In this document: positions 17,722 to 27,108 of the stretch, piece after piece
How positions within the stretch are numbered: position 1 is the stretch's first letter
How the letters are laid out: each line of letters opens with the position of its first letter
Origin: a virus
Taxonomy: Duplodnaviria > Caudoviricetes
DNA length: 64,000 bases
Virus record (IMG/VR): IMGVR_UViG_3300021133_000001
Location: 32,001 to 96,000 of that record
Direction: 5' to 3' (one strand)
Position numbers and translations under genes: made by a program
Notes under the pieces: generated by a model
The model's input: the letters and a program-made list of their open reading frames with translations, nothing else
Databases searched by the model: none
Told to the model about the DNA's origin: nothing

Positions 17722-19776
17722 ATGAAGCACACGTATAAAATACTGCTTACTGGGTTAGCTATCCTTGCCAGTCTTGTAGTATTAAGAATAAAGGACCCAT
17801 TCTTTATTGAAACAGCCCGCTTAAAAGGATTAGATTACTATCAAAGGCAACAAAGTAAAGTAAAAAGTAATAATATTGTTGTAGTAACCATAGACGAGGC
17901 GTCGTTAGACAGGTTTGGCCAGTTCCCCTGGTCCAGAGCAGTATTAAGCGAAGGTTTGGAAAAAGCATTTAATAGTGGTGCGCAAGTTGTAGTTATGCCT
18001 ATTCTATTTTCTGAAAAAGATAGATTAGGTGGTGATACTATATTTAATATGACTTTGCAGAAATATCCAGTAATAACTGCACAATCAGCTGCACAAAAAG
18101 GCAAAGGACAGCCTGTACCAAGAGGCTTGGCTACTATAGGTGACGGGTTAGGAGATTGGTTGTTTACGTACCCTGCTGCTATTGGTCCTACTAAAGAAAT
18201 AGGGCAATCATCTGCCGGGGTCGGTATGTTACTAACTACCCCTGAACTTGATGCTGTTACAAGACGTTTACCTTTAGTGGTTAAAGTAAAGGGAGAGGTA
18301 TACCCCACTATACCTTTAGAAGCATTGCGTTTATTTGGTGGTGAAGAGTCTTATCAAGCTAAAGTAGATGAAGCAGGAGTACAAGCTATTAGAGTTAAAG
18401 GTACCCCGCCTATTACTACTGATGCTAATGGTAGAGTGTGGATAAACTTTAAATATACATTTGATTCGGTTTCATTTGCAGATGCTAACTGGTCTATTGT
18501 TAAAGATAAGATAGTATTCATTGCCTTAACCGCAGAAGGCCTAAATAATACTGTAGCTACTCCTGTTGGTATTTCACAAGGATACGAGATATCTGCTCAA
18601 ACCTTGCAAATGTTAATAGATAATAGCAGATTACAAAGACCTTCAACATTCGATCTATATGAACTTACAGGTGGTGTTATACTTGCTATTATTCTTATTG
18701 TTGCTGCTTGTTATTTGGGGTATATCCTAAATGGTATACTAATCACTACATTTTTATGTGTACCTTATTTTATTGGATCTCGTTTATTTGTTAATCACGG
18801 ATATCTTACGGATTATACCTGGCCTACCTTAGCGGTATTATTACCCTGGGTAGGTGCTATATTCTTTAGATTTGTAATGGAGTTTAAGTTAAAGCAGCAG
18901 ATCAAGAAGCAATTTGGTACTTATTTAAGTGCAGCATTAGTAGAGAAACTACAAAAAAATCCAGGTTTGTTAAAGCTTGGTGGAGATGAAAGAGAGTTAT
19001 CTATTATGTTTACTGATGTAAGAGGCTTCACAACTATATCAGAGCATTATGGTAAAGACGTACAAGGTCTGACAATGATAATGAATCGTTATATGACTGC
19101 TATGACTCAAGCCATATTAGATAACGACGGTACCCTCGACAAATATATTGGTGACGCACAAATGGCTTTCTGGAACGCTCCTTTAGATGATCCAGATCAT
19201 GCTCGTAATGCTGTTAAGACTGCTATGCAAATGCTAAAGAGACTTGACACGTTTAATGAAGAAATAACTAAAGAAGGTATACCAGCATTTGGTATGGGTT
19301 TAGGTATTAATACAGCTTCTGTAGTAGTAGGTAATATGGGTAGTACTCAGCGATTTGACTATACTTGCTTAGGTGATGGTGTTAATTTGGCTTCTCGTCT
19401 AGAAGGACAATCAAAACCATACGGGGTACGTATTATTGTTGGACCAGTAACACACGAGTACGTAAAGAATGACTACCAATGTTTTGAGCTTGATTGTATA
19501 GCAGTTAAGGGTAAAAAAGAAGGTGTTAGAATTTACACTATATTAGAAAATAGCTTAATCGAGATGGTTACAGAAGTAAACAGAATGCATGAAGCATTCT
19601 TAATAGATTATAGAACTCAAAAATGGGATGAAGCTGTACAACTAGCTACAGCATTAAAGAAGTATAATCCTGAACTTAAAAAATACTACGAGGCTATGCT
19701 AGAGAGAATAAAAGAGCTCCAAGGAGCTAACCTTGGAGCTGATTGGGACGGAGTTTATAGAGCTACGTCGAAATAA
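17722..19776 (+). CDS. CHASE2-domain membrane receptor adenylate cyclase (class III)
   Basis: CHASE2 motifs IDEASL..GQFPWSR, PELDAVTRRLPL, TDANGRVWINF; 3 TM helices; cyclase FTDVRGFT, DKYIGDA, GINTASVVVGNMGS, DYTCLGDGVNLASRLEG. Confidence 0.93.
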   Translation: MKHTYKILLTGLAILASLVVLRIKDPFFIETARLKGLDYYQRQQSKVKSNNIVVVTIDEASLDRFGQFPWSRAVLSEGLEKAFNSGAQVVVMPILFSEKDRLGGDTIFNMTLQKYPVITAQSAAQKGKGQPVPRGLATIGDGLGDWLFTYPAAIGPTKEIGQSSAGVGMLLTTPELDAVTRRLPLVVKVKGEVYPTIPLEALRLFGGEESYQAKVDEAGVQAIRVKGTPPITTDANGRVWINFKYTFDSVSFADANWSIVKDKIVFIALTAEGLNNTVATPVGISQGYEISAQTLQMLIDNSRLQRPSTFDLYELTGGVILAIILIVAACYLGYILNGILITTFLCVPYFIGSRLFVNHGYLTDYTWPTLAVLLPWVGAIFFRFVMEFKLKQQIKKQFGTYLSAALVEKLQKNPGLLKLGGDERELSIMFTDVRGFTTISEHYGKDVQGLTMIMNRYMTAMTQAILDNDGTLDKYIGDAQMAFWNAPLDDPDHARNAVKTAMQMLKRLDTFNEEITKEGIPAFGMGLGINTASVVVGNMGSTQRFDYTCLGDGVNLASRLEGQSKPYGVRIIVGPVTHEYVKNDYQCFELDCIAVKGKKEGVRIYTILENSLIEMVTEVNRMHEAFLIDYRTQKWDEAVQLATALKKYNPELKKYYEAMLERIKELQGANLGADWDGVYRATSK

Positions 19777-19777
19777 C

Positions 19778-20476
19778 TTAGTAACCTAAGAGATACTTGC
19801 GGCGCTTTGTTGGGCCTTCTACTTTATAACCTACTGGGGTTAATGTGACAGCTTGTGCGCCGCCACCGTTACTACCTGTAGCAGGTACTGTAAATTCAAA
19901 GCAAGAATAATCATGCTTTTGTAAATACATTTTGTGAGCTACTGGAGACGAAAATGTTACTGTAGCAGAACCTGGGTTAGCATAACCTGAACCTGTGTTA
20001 GTGATTTGTACGCCAATAATGTTACCGTTACCAACAATAGGCACACCAGTTGCGCGATTTGAACCGGATTGTGGAGCTGAGAAAGTACAAGTTACTGCAC
20101 CATCATTACCTGGACCCCAATAACCTAATCCACCATTCGTGATTACAACACCGCTAATGCTTTGTGTATATGTACCACCCGCTTGATAGGATACTGTACC
20201 GGTTGCTGTAGTGCATTGATAAGCACCGTCAACAAATATGGAACCTGTACCAGATGAAAGACCTTCTACGCCGGTATTATTAGCCGTATTCACGTAATTT
20301 AAAGTAAAGTTTGCTTGTGCACTACCTGTACCAGATAAACTGTTAGAGACACTAGGAATTACGTTAAAAAGTATAGCAGCTCTGTTATCGCTGATATTGC
20401 AATCAATACCTTGATATGTAGTAGGATCGTTGCCAACTTGATTTTGTGTTACTTGAGAATTGAAGTAGGTAGCCAT
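19778..20476 (-). CDS. Putative virion structural protein
   Basis: ITNGGLGY / ITNTGSGY repeats typical of T4-like tail/baseplate proteins; TAAATA upstream. Confidence 0.6.
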   Translation of the reverse strand: MATYFNSQVTQNQVGNDPTTYQGIDCNISDNRAAILFNVIPSVSNSLSGTGSAQANFTLNYVNTANNTGVEGLSSGTGSIFVDGAYQCTTATGTVSYQAGGTYTQSISGVVITNGGLGYWGPGNDGAVTCTFSAPQSGSNRATGVPIVGNGNIIGVQITNTGSGYANPGSATVTFSSPVAHKMYLQKHDYSCFEFTVPATGSNGGGAQAVTLTPVGYKVEGPTKRRKYLLGY

Positions 20477-20503
20477 ATATGTTATTATTTAGTAATTTTT
20501 GAC

Positions 20504-20803
20504 TCAAAAACCTGTATCGTTATATTTACCAAGCATATTACCCATAGGTTCGTCTTCTTCTTTAGCTACTTGTGTCTGTTGGTTTAATAAATTAGCTGCA
20601 GCTTGTTTAATATTGCTATCTGTAGAATTAACTAATGAAAGTAGTAAAGCGTTAAAAGCAGTAGATAAATCCTTACTCTCCAAGGGGTTATTGCCTTGTG
20701 CGACTATCAGTTCTTTTACTTTTGCAAGTAAACTAGCAGTGTCATTACTTTCTTTAACAAGAATAGAGTGATATTTTTCAATAAGGAGTTTATCTGAACG
20801 CAT
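20504..20803 (-). CDS. Hypothetical late protein, possibly head-packaged
   Basis: TAAGTA just upstream; N-terminus MRSDKLLIEKY..LVKE resembles cleaved head-protein leaders (inference). Confidence 0.6.
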   Translation of the reverse strand: MRSDKLLIEKYHSILVKESNDTASLLAKVKELIVAQGNNPLESKDLSTAFNALLLSLVNSTDSNIKQAAANLLNQQTQVAKEEDEPMGNMLGKYNDTGF

Positions 20804-20811
20804 TATTATAC

Positions 20812-21441
20812 TTATTCTTCTGAAGTCAAAGCTTCTGCTAACGTAAACATTCCTTTAACATGCGTTCTTTCATTAACTAATTCTAACTTAATATATGTAG
20901 GTTGGTTCTTTATTATTGATTCCATTAATTCCCCTGTAATCTCTACTTCATCTAATGTGTAAAAGAGCTTAAATGCGTTTATTGTTTGCTCAATATTGTA
21001 ACGGATACTATCTTCTTCTTGTTTTTGTGCTTCTATCTGCTCTCTAGTTTTATAAGGTACTACTCTCCACTCACTGTAAAAATAAAATTTTATCTCTATA
21101 GGTGCACCTGGTTCAGCGGCACTATCACTAAAACTAAAGGCCTGGCCAGGTTTTATAAACTTCGGTATCATATTTTTTTTTAAACATTTATCAATAAGTT
21201 CTCTAGCTGTTACACCTGGCACAAGGTTAAAACTAGTACCTGAACTACGTTCAATAGCTATAGCACAACAATTTAAATGTTCAACGTTAAGTATGCCTTT
21301 TATACGACTGGCACCGGCATATCTAAAAGATGCTACTGGAGATGTCCTATACTTATTATATGATAGGAACCCTTCGTAGCTAAAGCCTTCTGGGTCATTA
21401 AACTGGTCTTGTAATTCTTTTACGTTAATCGGTTCTTTCAT
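20812..21441 (-). CDS. Hypothetical protein
   Basis: 209-aa ORF coupled to the radical SAM gene. Confidence 0.75.
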   Translation of the reverse strand: MKEPINVKELQDQFNDPEGFSYEGFLSYNKYRTSPVASFRYAGASRIKGILNVEHLNCCAIAIERSSGTSFNLVPGVTARELIDKCLKKNMIPKFIKPGQAFSFSDSAAEPGAPIEIKFYFYSEWRVVPYKTREQIEAQKQEEDSIRYNIEQTINAFKLFYTLDEVEITGELMESIIKNQPTYIKLELVNERTHVKGMFTLAEALTSEE

Positions 21442-21442
21442 A

Positions 21443-22954
21443 TTATGGATACTGGTCTTTACAATCTAAATAAAATCTTGTCATTTCTGGGAACACACTT
21501 AAAAAGCTTGTACCACGACGAGAATCACACTCATCAATAAACTGGTGAAACGCTCTACGTATTACTGCAATGTCTGAACGACCAATACCTTCTACAATAG
21601 CTTTTTTCATTACTTCTAATACACGTTCCATTTCTTGTGCACAAAGTTCTGGAAAACCAGGCTTAGTAACTCTATAACCACCAGGTATGTGTACATCTAC
21701 TTCAACTTTGCGTATACGCTCGTTCATATACTGTACACACTCTTCCATATAGCGTAAATAATCTTCAGTTAATATCCAAGCACTCATATACTCAGGTTGT
21801 CTAAGATATGGTATACTAATAACTAAAGGTTGCACTCTATCAAGCGATCTAGTATGTTTCTCAATTAAATAGTAACTGTCTGTTAAAAAGTCTTTAAACG
21901 AAGTAACAGACATTGCATTATATGTGCACATGAATACCATTTCTACTTTAGGGCATTCAGTGAATATACGATCAACGTTTTCATACCAAGTTTTATAATT
22001 CAAGCCTGCACGTATATATTCACCTCTCTTACCATAAGCTTCACCACTTGTATAAACTGTAATACGTTTAGCAGCGTTTGCTTCTGCAATTCTGTTTAGA
22101 TATGTTATAAGCTTATCTATATAGAGTTTAGGTGCACCTAAGTTAGTATTAACACTGAACATCATCTCAGGTTGAGGATGTTCAATAAAGTAATCCATCA
22201 ACTTAAATGTGTTTTTACTGAGTAGTGGTTCTCCACCGGTTAATCTTAATTCTCGTAATTCTCCACTAGCTATAATACCAGGAAACCATTCCCAAAAAGC
22301 CTTAATGTAAGGGTTACTATCTTCATCTTCAATTGGTAACCTAGACTCCATTTCTAACTGCTTTAGAGAGTTAGTTATAAATGCACCAGCGTGTATGGAA
22401 CCGTGTTCTCTAATTTCTTTCGTCCAGGTAGACGAATAAGCTGGTGTACAATACAAACACTTAAAGTTACACGCATTTGAAAAGTCTAATTCTAAAGACT
22501 TCGGTATAATATCTACATCCCAAGGCATCTGAGGTACTGTATTAATACGATCATCATTCCAAGATGTAGCACTCTTTCTTACCCTATCACTAAACAAATT
22601 CGGGTTATTTAAATCTTCAATACGCCAACAAAAATTACACTCTTCCGGACGCTTACCCTCAAGCATCATTTTACGTTTTTCTTTTTTATCGTTAGTATTG
22701 TGTAAAGCAGAAACGTTCTTCTTAAGCTCGTCTAACGGTATCTTGTGTGGTGGACAATGATGACAGCTATGAGTGGTACCGTTAGTAAGGTGTATAGTTA
22801 CTTGATTCCATTTAGCTAAACAAAAGCTTGTACTAGTGGCATCTAGTTTGTCTTTTACAGCTTGGAGTCTCTGTACAGCATTAGCTGCTTCAGCATTCAA
22901 TGGCTTACCATCAGCTGATTTGGGTGAAATCTTGTTCTCGGTGTCTGTAGACAT
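21443..22954 (-). CDS. Radical SAM protein with N-terminal twitch-like Cys cluster
   Basis: CNFKCLYC (CxxxCxxC), TGGEPLL; N-terminal CLAKW, SCHHC, CNFCW. Confidence 0.88.
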   Translation of the reverse strand: MSTDTENKISPKSADGKPLNAEAANAVQRLQAVKDKLDATSTSFCLAKWNQVTIHLTNGTTHSCHHCPPHKIPLDELKKNVSALHNTNDKKEKRKMMLEGKRPEECNFCWRIEDLNNPNLFSDRVRKSATSWNDDRINTVPQMPWDVDIIPKSLELDFSNACNFKCLYCTPAYSSTWTKEIREHGSIHAGAFITNSLKQLEMESRLPIEDEDSNPYIKAFWEWFPGIIASGELRELRLTGGEPLLSKNTFKLMDYFIEHPQPEMMFSVNTNLGAPKLYIDKLITYLNRIAEANAAKRITVYTSGEAYGKRGEYIRAGLNYKTWYENVDRIFTECPKVEMVFMCTYNAMSVTSFKDFLTDSYYLIEKHTRSLDRVQPLVISIPYLRQPEYMSAWILTEDYLRYMEECVQYMNERIRKVEVDVHIPGGYRVTKPGFPELCAQEMERVLEVMKKAIVEGIGRSDIAVIRRAFHQFIDECDSRRGTSFLSVFPEMTRFYLDCKDQYP

Positions 22955-22965
22955 ATATTAATTTA

Positions 22966-23085
22966 CTAGTCGTATATGTGTTTATCCAGCTTGTTACTCT
23001 CTATAGCAAGCTTAATCATACGCTTTCTTTGCCATTTTTTATACCAGGATTTTACTGTTTTAAATAAGTTTTTTATTAAAGTCAT
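22966..23085 (-). CDS. 39-aa basic micropeptide ending DKHIYD (not in ORF track)
   Basis: MTLIKNLFKTVKSWYKKWQRKRMIKLAIESNKLDKHIYD fills the intergenic gap and resembles the 2286..2402 peptide. Confidence 0.55.
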   Translation of the reverse strand: MTLIKNLFKTVKSWYKKWQRKRMIKLAIESNKLDKHIYD

Positions 23086-24070
23086 ATGTTTTGTATAGGT
23101 TGTAATAAGCTTCAGCTAGTTCATTCATATAGCTAAGTCCAGCATGTGTACCGTCCCTAGCTCTATCGTCTTTTCTTACTTTTATTATCTTTAGTCCTTC
23201 ATCTTCTAACATTGTATTAGATGTAAAGAATTTTTCAATAGTTTCTTTCTTTAATTTAAAGAATGTTTCATCCCAAATATACCACATCCATTTTATGTTT
23301 CTGGATTCAAGTGTTTCTTTAATAAGAGTAAAGGCTGTAACCATTTCGTAAAAACTATGCATACATGAAGTATAGTCATAATACTGTATATCCTTAGCTT
23401 TCGGATCGTTATGATAATCATCACACTTATATCTTCCGTTTCTAGTAGCTTCTATATCAGGTTCTGTGTTTATGTTATACGAGGTATTTCTAGTTATTAA
23501 ACCATCATCAATATTACCTATATATTCTTTTCTAAAAATCATCGGAAAGTCAAACACCACTAAATCAGGATAATCTTCTTTTTTAAGAGTGCTTATAATT
23601 TGATAACACACTCGCGCAATAGTATCTATACCAACCCCGCCTATTCCGTAGTTTTTTAAGTTCCACTTACCTAATTTATTAGCTAATAAATACGGCCACG
23701 TGTGTTCGTCAGGTAAAGAAACACCAAACGTAAAACTACAACCGAATGTAAAGAGTTTACGAGGATCTTCAGGTTTATAGTTAGGATACTCTCTAAAGCA
23801 ATTCTCGCCAAATGTGTAAAGTATTTTTGTATCTAGATATGTAGGAGTTACAGCTGGACCTTCATGAGTCAGTCGTTCTATTTGTTTGTTTCTATTTTTC
23901 AACCCGTCTGTTGGTGCAAGCGGAAATGTTCTAGGATCCCAAATAGTAGAAATAATCCTATCCCAATCACTACTAGGTTTAATATGTAGTAGATCAGATT
24001 CCGGTAAAGACATTCTCGCACATTTATTAATAAGCGGTGCTCTATTTAATTCTGCTCTGAAATCTTTCAT
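23060..24070 (-). CDS. SGNH/GDSL-like esterase-fold protein
   Basis: FGCSFTFG, TWPYLLA, NYGIGG, ARDGTHAG (DxxH). Confidence 0.7.
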   Translation of the reverse strand: MKDFRAELNRAPLINKCARMSLPESDLLHIKPSSDWDRIISTIWDPRTFPLAPTDGLKNRNKQIERLTHEGPAVTPTYLDTKILYTFGENCFREYPNYKPEDPRKLFTFGCSFTFGVSLPDEHTWPYLLANKLGKWNLKNYGIGGVGIDTIARVCYQIISTLKKEDYPDLVVFDFPMIFRKEYIGNIDDGLITRNTSYNINTEPDIEATRNGRYKCDDYHNDPKAKDIQYYDYTSCMHSFYEMVTAFTLIKETLESRNIKWMWYIWDETFFKLKKETIEKFFTSNTMLEDEGLKIIKVRKDDRARDGTHAGLSYMNELAEAYYNLYKTYDFNKKLI

Positions 24071-25035
24071 TGTTTTAAATAAAGTTTGGCAAAACCGTTT
24101 GCAATTTGCTCCATAGGCTCAAAACCAAAATGACTACTATCACGAGATTTTCTATCTGTATGTTTCAATACCATTAAGCCATCTCCATCCATTAGTGTAT
24201 TGTTCGTGGTTAAATACTTTTCCAGAGCAGGTTTTTCAAGTTGACAGTAGTTGAAAGACCATGAATACCAGTACCATGGTAAATTACGAGCATTACAACT
24301 TTCTCTTATAATATTAAAAAAACGTAAACCATGCATAAATGCCTCTACCATAGAGGTATACGCATAATGTTTTAATCTAACATGAGCAGAATTGTAAGAA
24401 CGGTATACTGGTCCTATTTTTATATTTTCTCCTACCGGATGTTTATAAAAATTATCTCTCTCCTCATCGTATGTAGTTAAGAAGTTATAGTTATATATTA
24501 TACTCGTTTCTATAGGCTTACTTTCAATATTACCTAGATAATAATCTCTCATTATTTCGGGCAATAAAAAGAAAACTGCATCAGGATAATCTTCTTTAGG
24601 TGTAGTAGTAATGACTTGATAAAAAATTTCAGTCATCGCTTGTATAGAAACACCCTGTTTACCAAAGTTATACACTTCCCATTCAGGTCCTAATTTTTTA
24701 GCTAATAGATATGGCCAGGTATGCTCATCTGGTAAACCGTGTCCTAAGGTAAAACTACAGCCAAAACAATATAGCTTTTTAGTTTTTTTATCAGTAGTAT
24801 TTTTTATTCCAGGGTAGTATCTGTAACCATCTTTATTTATATGGTATTTTATTTCTACATCTTTATATACGGGATTAACATTTTGCTTGTTTTCATTAGG
24901 CATCCAGTCTAATACTACGTCATTACCTAAATAGGTTTGCACTGGAAAACAATTAGTCCAGTGCAAACCATAAAACGAAATATTATCTTCTAAGATTTTA
25001 TTAAAGTCTTTTCGTTCTCTAACTAGACTTTCCAT
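24067..25035 (-). CDS. SGNH/GDSL-like esterase-fold protein (paralog)
   Basis: FGCSFTLG, TWPYLLA, NFGKQG, SRDSSHFG. Confidence 0.7.
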   Translation of the reverse strand: MESLVRERKDFNKILEDNISFYGLHWTNCFPVQTYLGNDVVLDWMPNENKQNVNPVYKDVEIKYHINKDGYRYYPGIKNTTDKKTKKLYCFGCSFTLGHGLPDEHTWPYLLAKKLGPEWEVYNFGKQGVSIQAMTEIFYQVITTTPKEDYPDAVFFLLPEIMRDYYLGNIESKPIETSIIYNYNFLTTYDEERDNFYKHPVGENIKIGPVYRSYNSAHVRLKHYAYTSMVEAFMHGLRFFNIIRESCNARNLPWYWYSWSFNYCQLEKPALEKYLTTNNTLMDGDGLMVLKHTDRKSRDSSHFGFEPMEQIANGFAKLYLKQ

Positions 25036-26500
25036 ATATTTTTAATTTAGTATGGCTAAACTCTTCAATATGGTTAGCATTATTTAAGAGCGGCTTACCT
25101 TTAATGTTTAAGCTAGTATTAAGTAAAATAGGACATCCAGTTTTATCGTACCATTTCTTTAGTACTTGATGTATAAAAGGTGTATTAACATCTACAGTTT
25201 GCACTCTAGAACTACAATCTACATGCACTACACCTGGATACAAATCAGGACGTTTGCAAATATGTGTGTATTGCATGTATGGGTAAGAATCGTGTTTACC
25301 CTTATTAACGAACAAATCGTTAAAGTGTTCTTTTAACACGATAGGGGCAAAAGGTCTAAATTTTTCTCTACCTTTTACTTCATTAACAATATCTTTAATA
25401 TTTGATACTCTAGGATCAGCTAATATAGAACGATGACCGAGAGCTCTTGGGCCAAATTCTGCTTTACCGAATATTACCCCAGCCATCTTTTCTTTGTCTA
25501 AATAATCTACTAAATCATCAATATCGACATTAGTACCTGCATCGTGACCGAGATATAAATTATTCATCTCGACTGGTTGACCATAATAAGCTAGTGCTGC
25601 TCCTACTGAGGAACCTGAATCTCCTGGGTTAGGAAATATCCACATATCATCTACTAACTCTAAAAGGTAGCTATTAGCAGTGCAGTTAAGTGTACAACCA
25701 CCTGAAAGTACGAGTTTTGTATAGCCTGTCTTTTTTAAATACTCTTTAGCAATATCTACTACTATATCTTCGTATATTTTTTGAGCTGCTAAAGCTATAT
25801 CAAATTTATTAGCTTCAATTTCTTCTTTAGTAAATAAACCCCTACAACCCCTACGTAAGTCTAATGCTAAGTTACAATCATCATCAAATAGATTTTCTAG
25901 TATGTAGTTATAGTACTTTAAATAATTGGAAGTACCATAAGAAGCCATACCCATCATAATATACTCTTCTTCTTGTGGTTTTAAACCGAGCATATCAGTC
26001 ATAGAAGAATAGAATAAACCTAATGAGTTAGGATAACCGCGAGAGTGAATACATTTATATGTACCATTACTAATGTCCCATACAGATAAGGTTTTAAATT
26101 CGCCTACTGAATCTACTACTAATCCTAATGTTTTATCCGTGTTGAACGGTGCTGTATATAGAGATGCACATAGATGTGATACGTGATGATCTACATACTG
26201 GATTGGTGCATTAACACCATACATATTAAATACGTTCTTAACACTGTAAGGTTGCCATTGCTTATCTACTACTAAGCGTCTTAAAAACTTTTTAAAAGGC
26301 TTTTCGTACCACACAATTACATCTGGTTCTCCATACTCTAATGCATCTGCAATTAACTCTATATTAAAATTAGGATCGTTTTTAACTCGAGAGTAACGTT
26401 CAGCAGAAGATGCAAATACTATTTTACCATCGACAATAACTGCAATTGCTGCATCATGAGATAAACCAGATGCACCCCATATTATTTGGTTTTTTGCCAT
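25019..26500 (-). CDS. Carbamoyltransferase (NodU/CmcH family)
   Basis: SHDAA, ERYSRVK, DHHVSH, SLGLFYS, GDSGSSVGAA, EFGPRALGHRSILADP, FRPFAP, LNTSLN. Confidence 0.92.
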   Translation of the reverse strand: MAKNQIIWGASGLSHDAAIAVIVDGKIVFASSAERYSRVKNDPNFNIELIADALEYGEPDVIVWYEKPFKKFLRRLVVDKQWQPYSVKNVFNMYGVNAPIQYVDHHVSHLCASLYTAPFNTDKTLGLVVDSVGEFKTLSVWDISNGTYKCIHSRGYPNSLGLFYSSMTDMLGLKPQEEEYIMMGMASYGTSNYLKYYNYILENLFDDDCNLALDLRRGCRGLFTKEEIEANKFDIALAAQKIYEDIVVDIAKEYLKKTGYTKLVLSGGCTLNCTANSYLLELVDDMWIFPNPGDSGSSVGAALAYYGQPVEMNNLYLGHDAGTNVDIDDLVDYLDKEKMAGVIFGKAEFGPRALGHRSILADPRVSNIKDIVNEVKGREKFRPFAPIVLKEHFNDLFVNKGKHDSYPYMQYTHICKRPDLYPGVVHVDCSSRVQTVDVNTPFIHQVLKKWYDKTGCPILLNTSLNIKGKPLLNNANHIEEFSHTKLKIYGKSS

Positions 26501-26501
26501 T

Positions 26502-27107
26502 TTATAAAATTTGATCAGGTGTTAGCTTTTTAAGAATTAATAACTTATCTGAACTTAGTACTTCAAATTTACCTGCATATAGTCTTTGTAAGAACAGTAG
26601 TGCTTCTTTATAGTGTACTGCAACCCCGCCTAACAAATTAATTTTATGCTCAGAATCATAGTTATTAACAACTAATATACCATCGTCTTTTAAGAGTAAA
26701 CTAAAAGCCATAGAAATGATATTTAATGCATCAATACTATTAGTCGTGTAATTGTAATGTATTACTTTAAATTTGTTCCAGCCAGTTTCTTTAATAGCTA
26801 GTTCACATAGTATATGAGGTATACTACCTTTCATTTTAACTACTCTATGAGACCAACCACTATCTGCAACGTTATAATCGAACTTGCGTTCAATCTCTCG
26901 TTGCCACCAACTGTCAATACTGTATACTTTTGATTTAGGGTGATCTACTAGTGTTTCAGCGAGCCATATAGTTGCAGGACCTTCTCCAGCACCAATATCT
27001 AGTATATTAGTGCGGCTATGAACAAAAGACTCTCTATAAGGTTCATCTAATACTTTTTCCCAAATAGGTAAGTTTTTAGTAAATGTATCTAATGTAAATG
27101 TAGGCAT
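26502..27107 (-). CDS. Class I SAM-dependent methyltransferase-like protein
   Basis: ILDIGAGEG, YSIDSW, LLKDDGILVVNNY. Confidence 0.7.
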   Translation of the reverse strand: MPTFTLDTFTKNLPIWEKVLDEPYRESFVHSRTNILDIGAGEGPATIWLAETLVDHPKSKVYSIDSWWQREIERKFDYNVADSGWSHRVVKMKGSIPHILCELAIKETGWNKFKVIHYNYTTNSIDALNIISMAFSLLLKDDGILVVNNYDSEHKINLLGGVAVHYKEALLFLQRLYAGKFEVLSSDKLLILKKLTPDQIL

Positions 27108-27108
27108 A

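Noticed and set aside
13433-19776. Pycsar or CBASS defence system
   Set aside because: The cyclase is a membrane CHASE2 receptor with ATP-type Lys/Thr residues, not a soluble pyrimidine cyclase or CD-NTase; only the effector logic is analogous.
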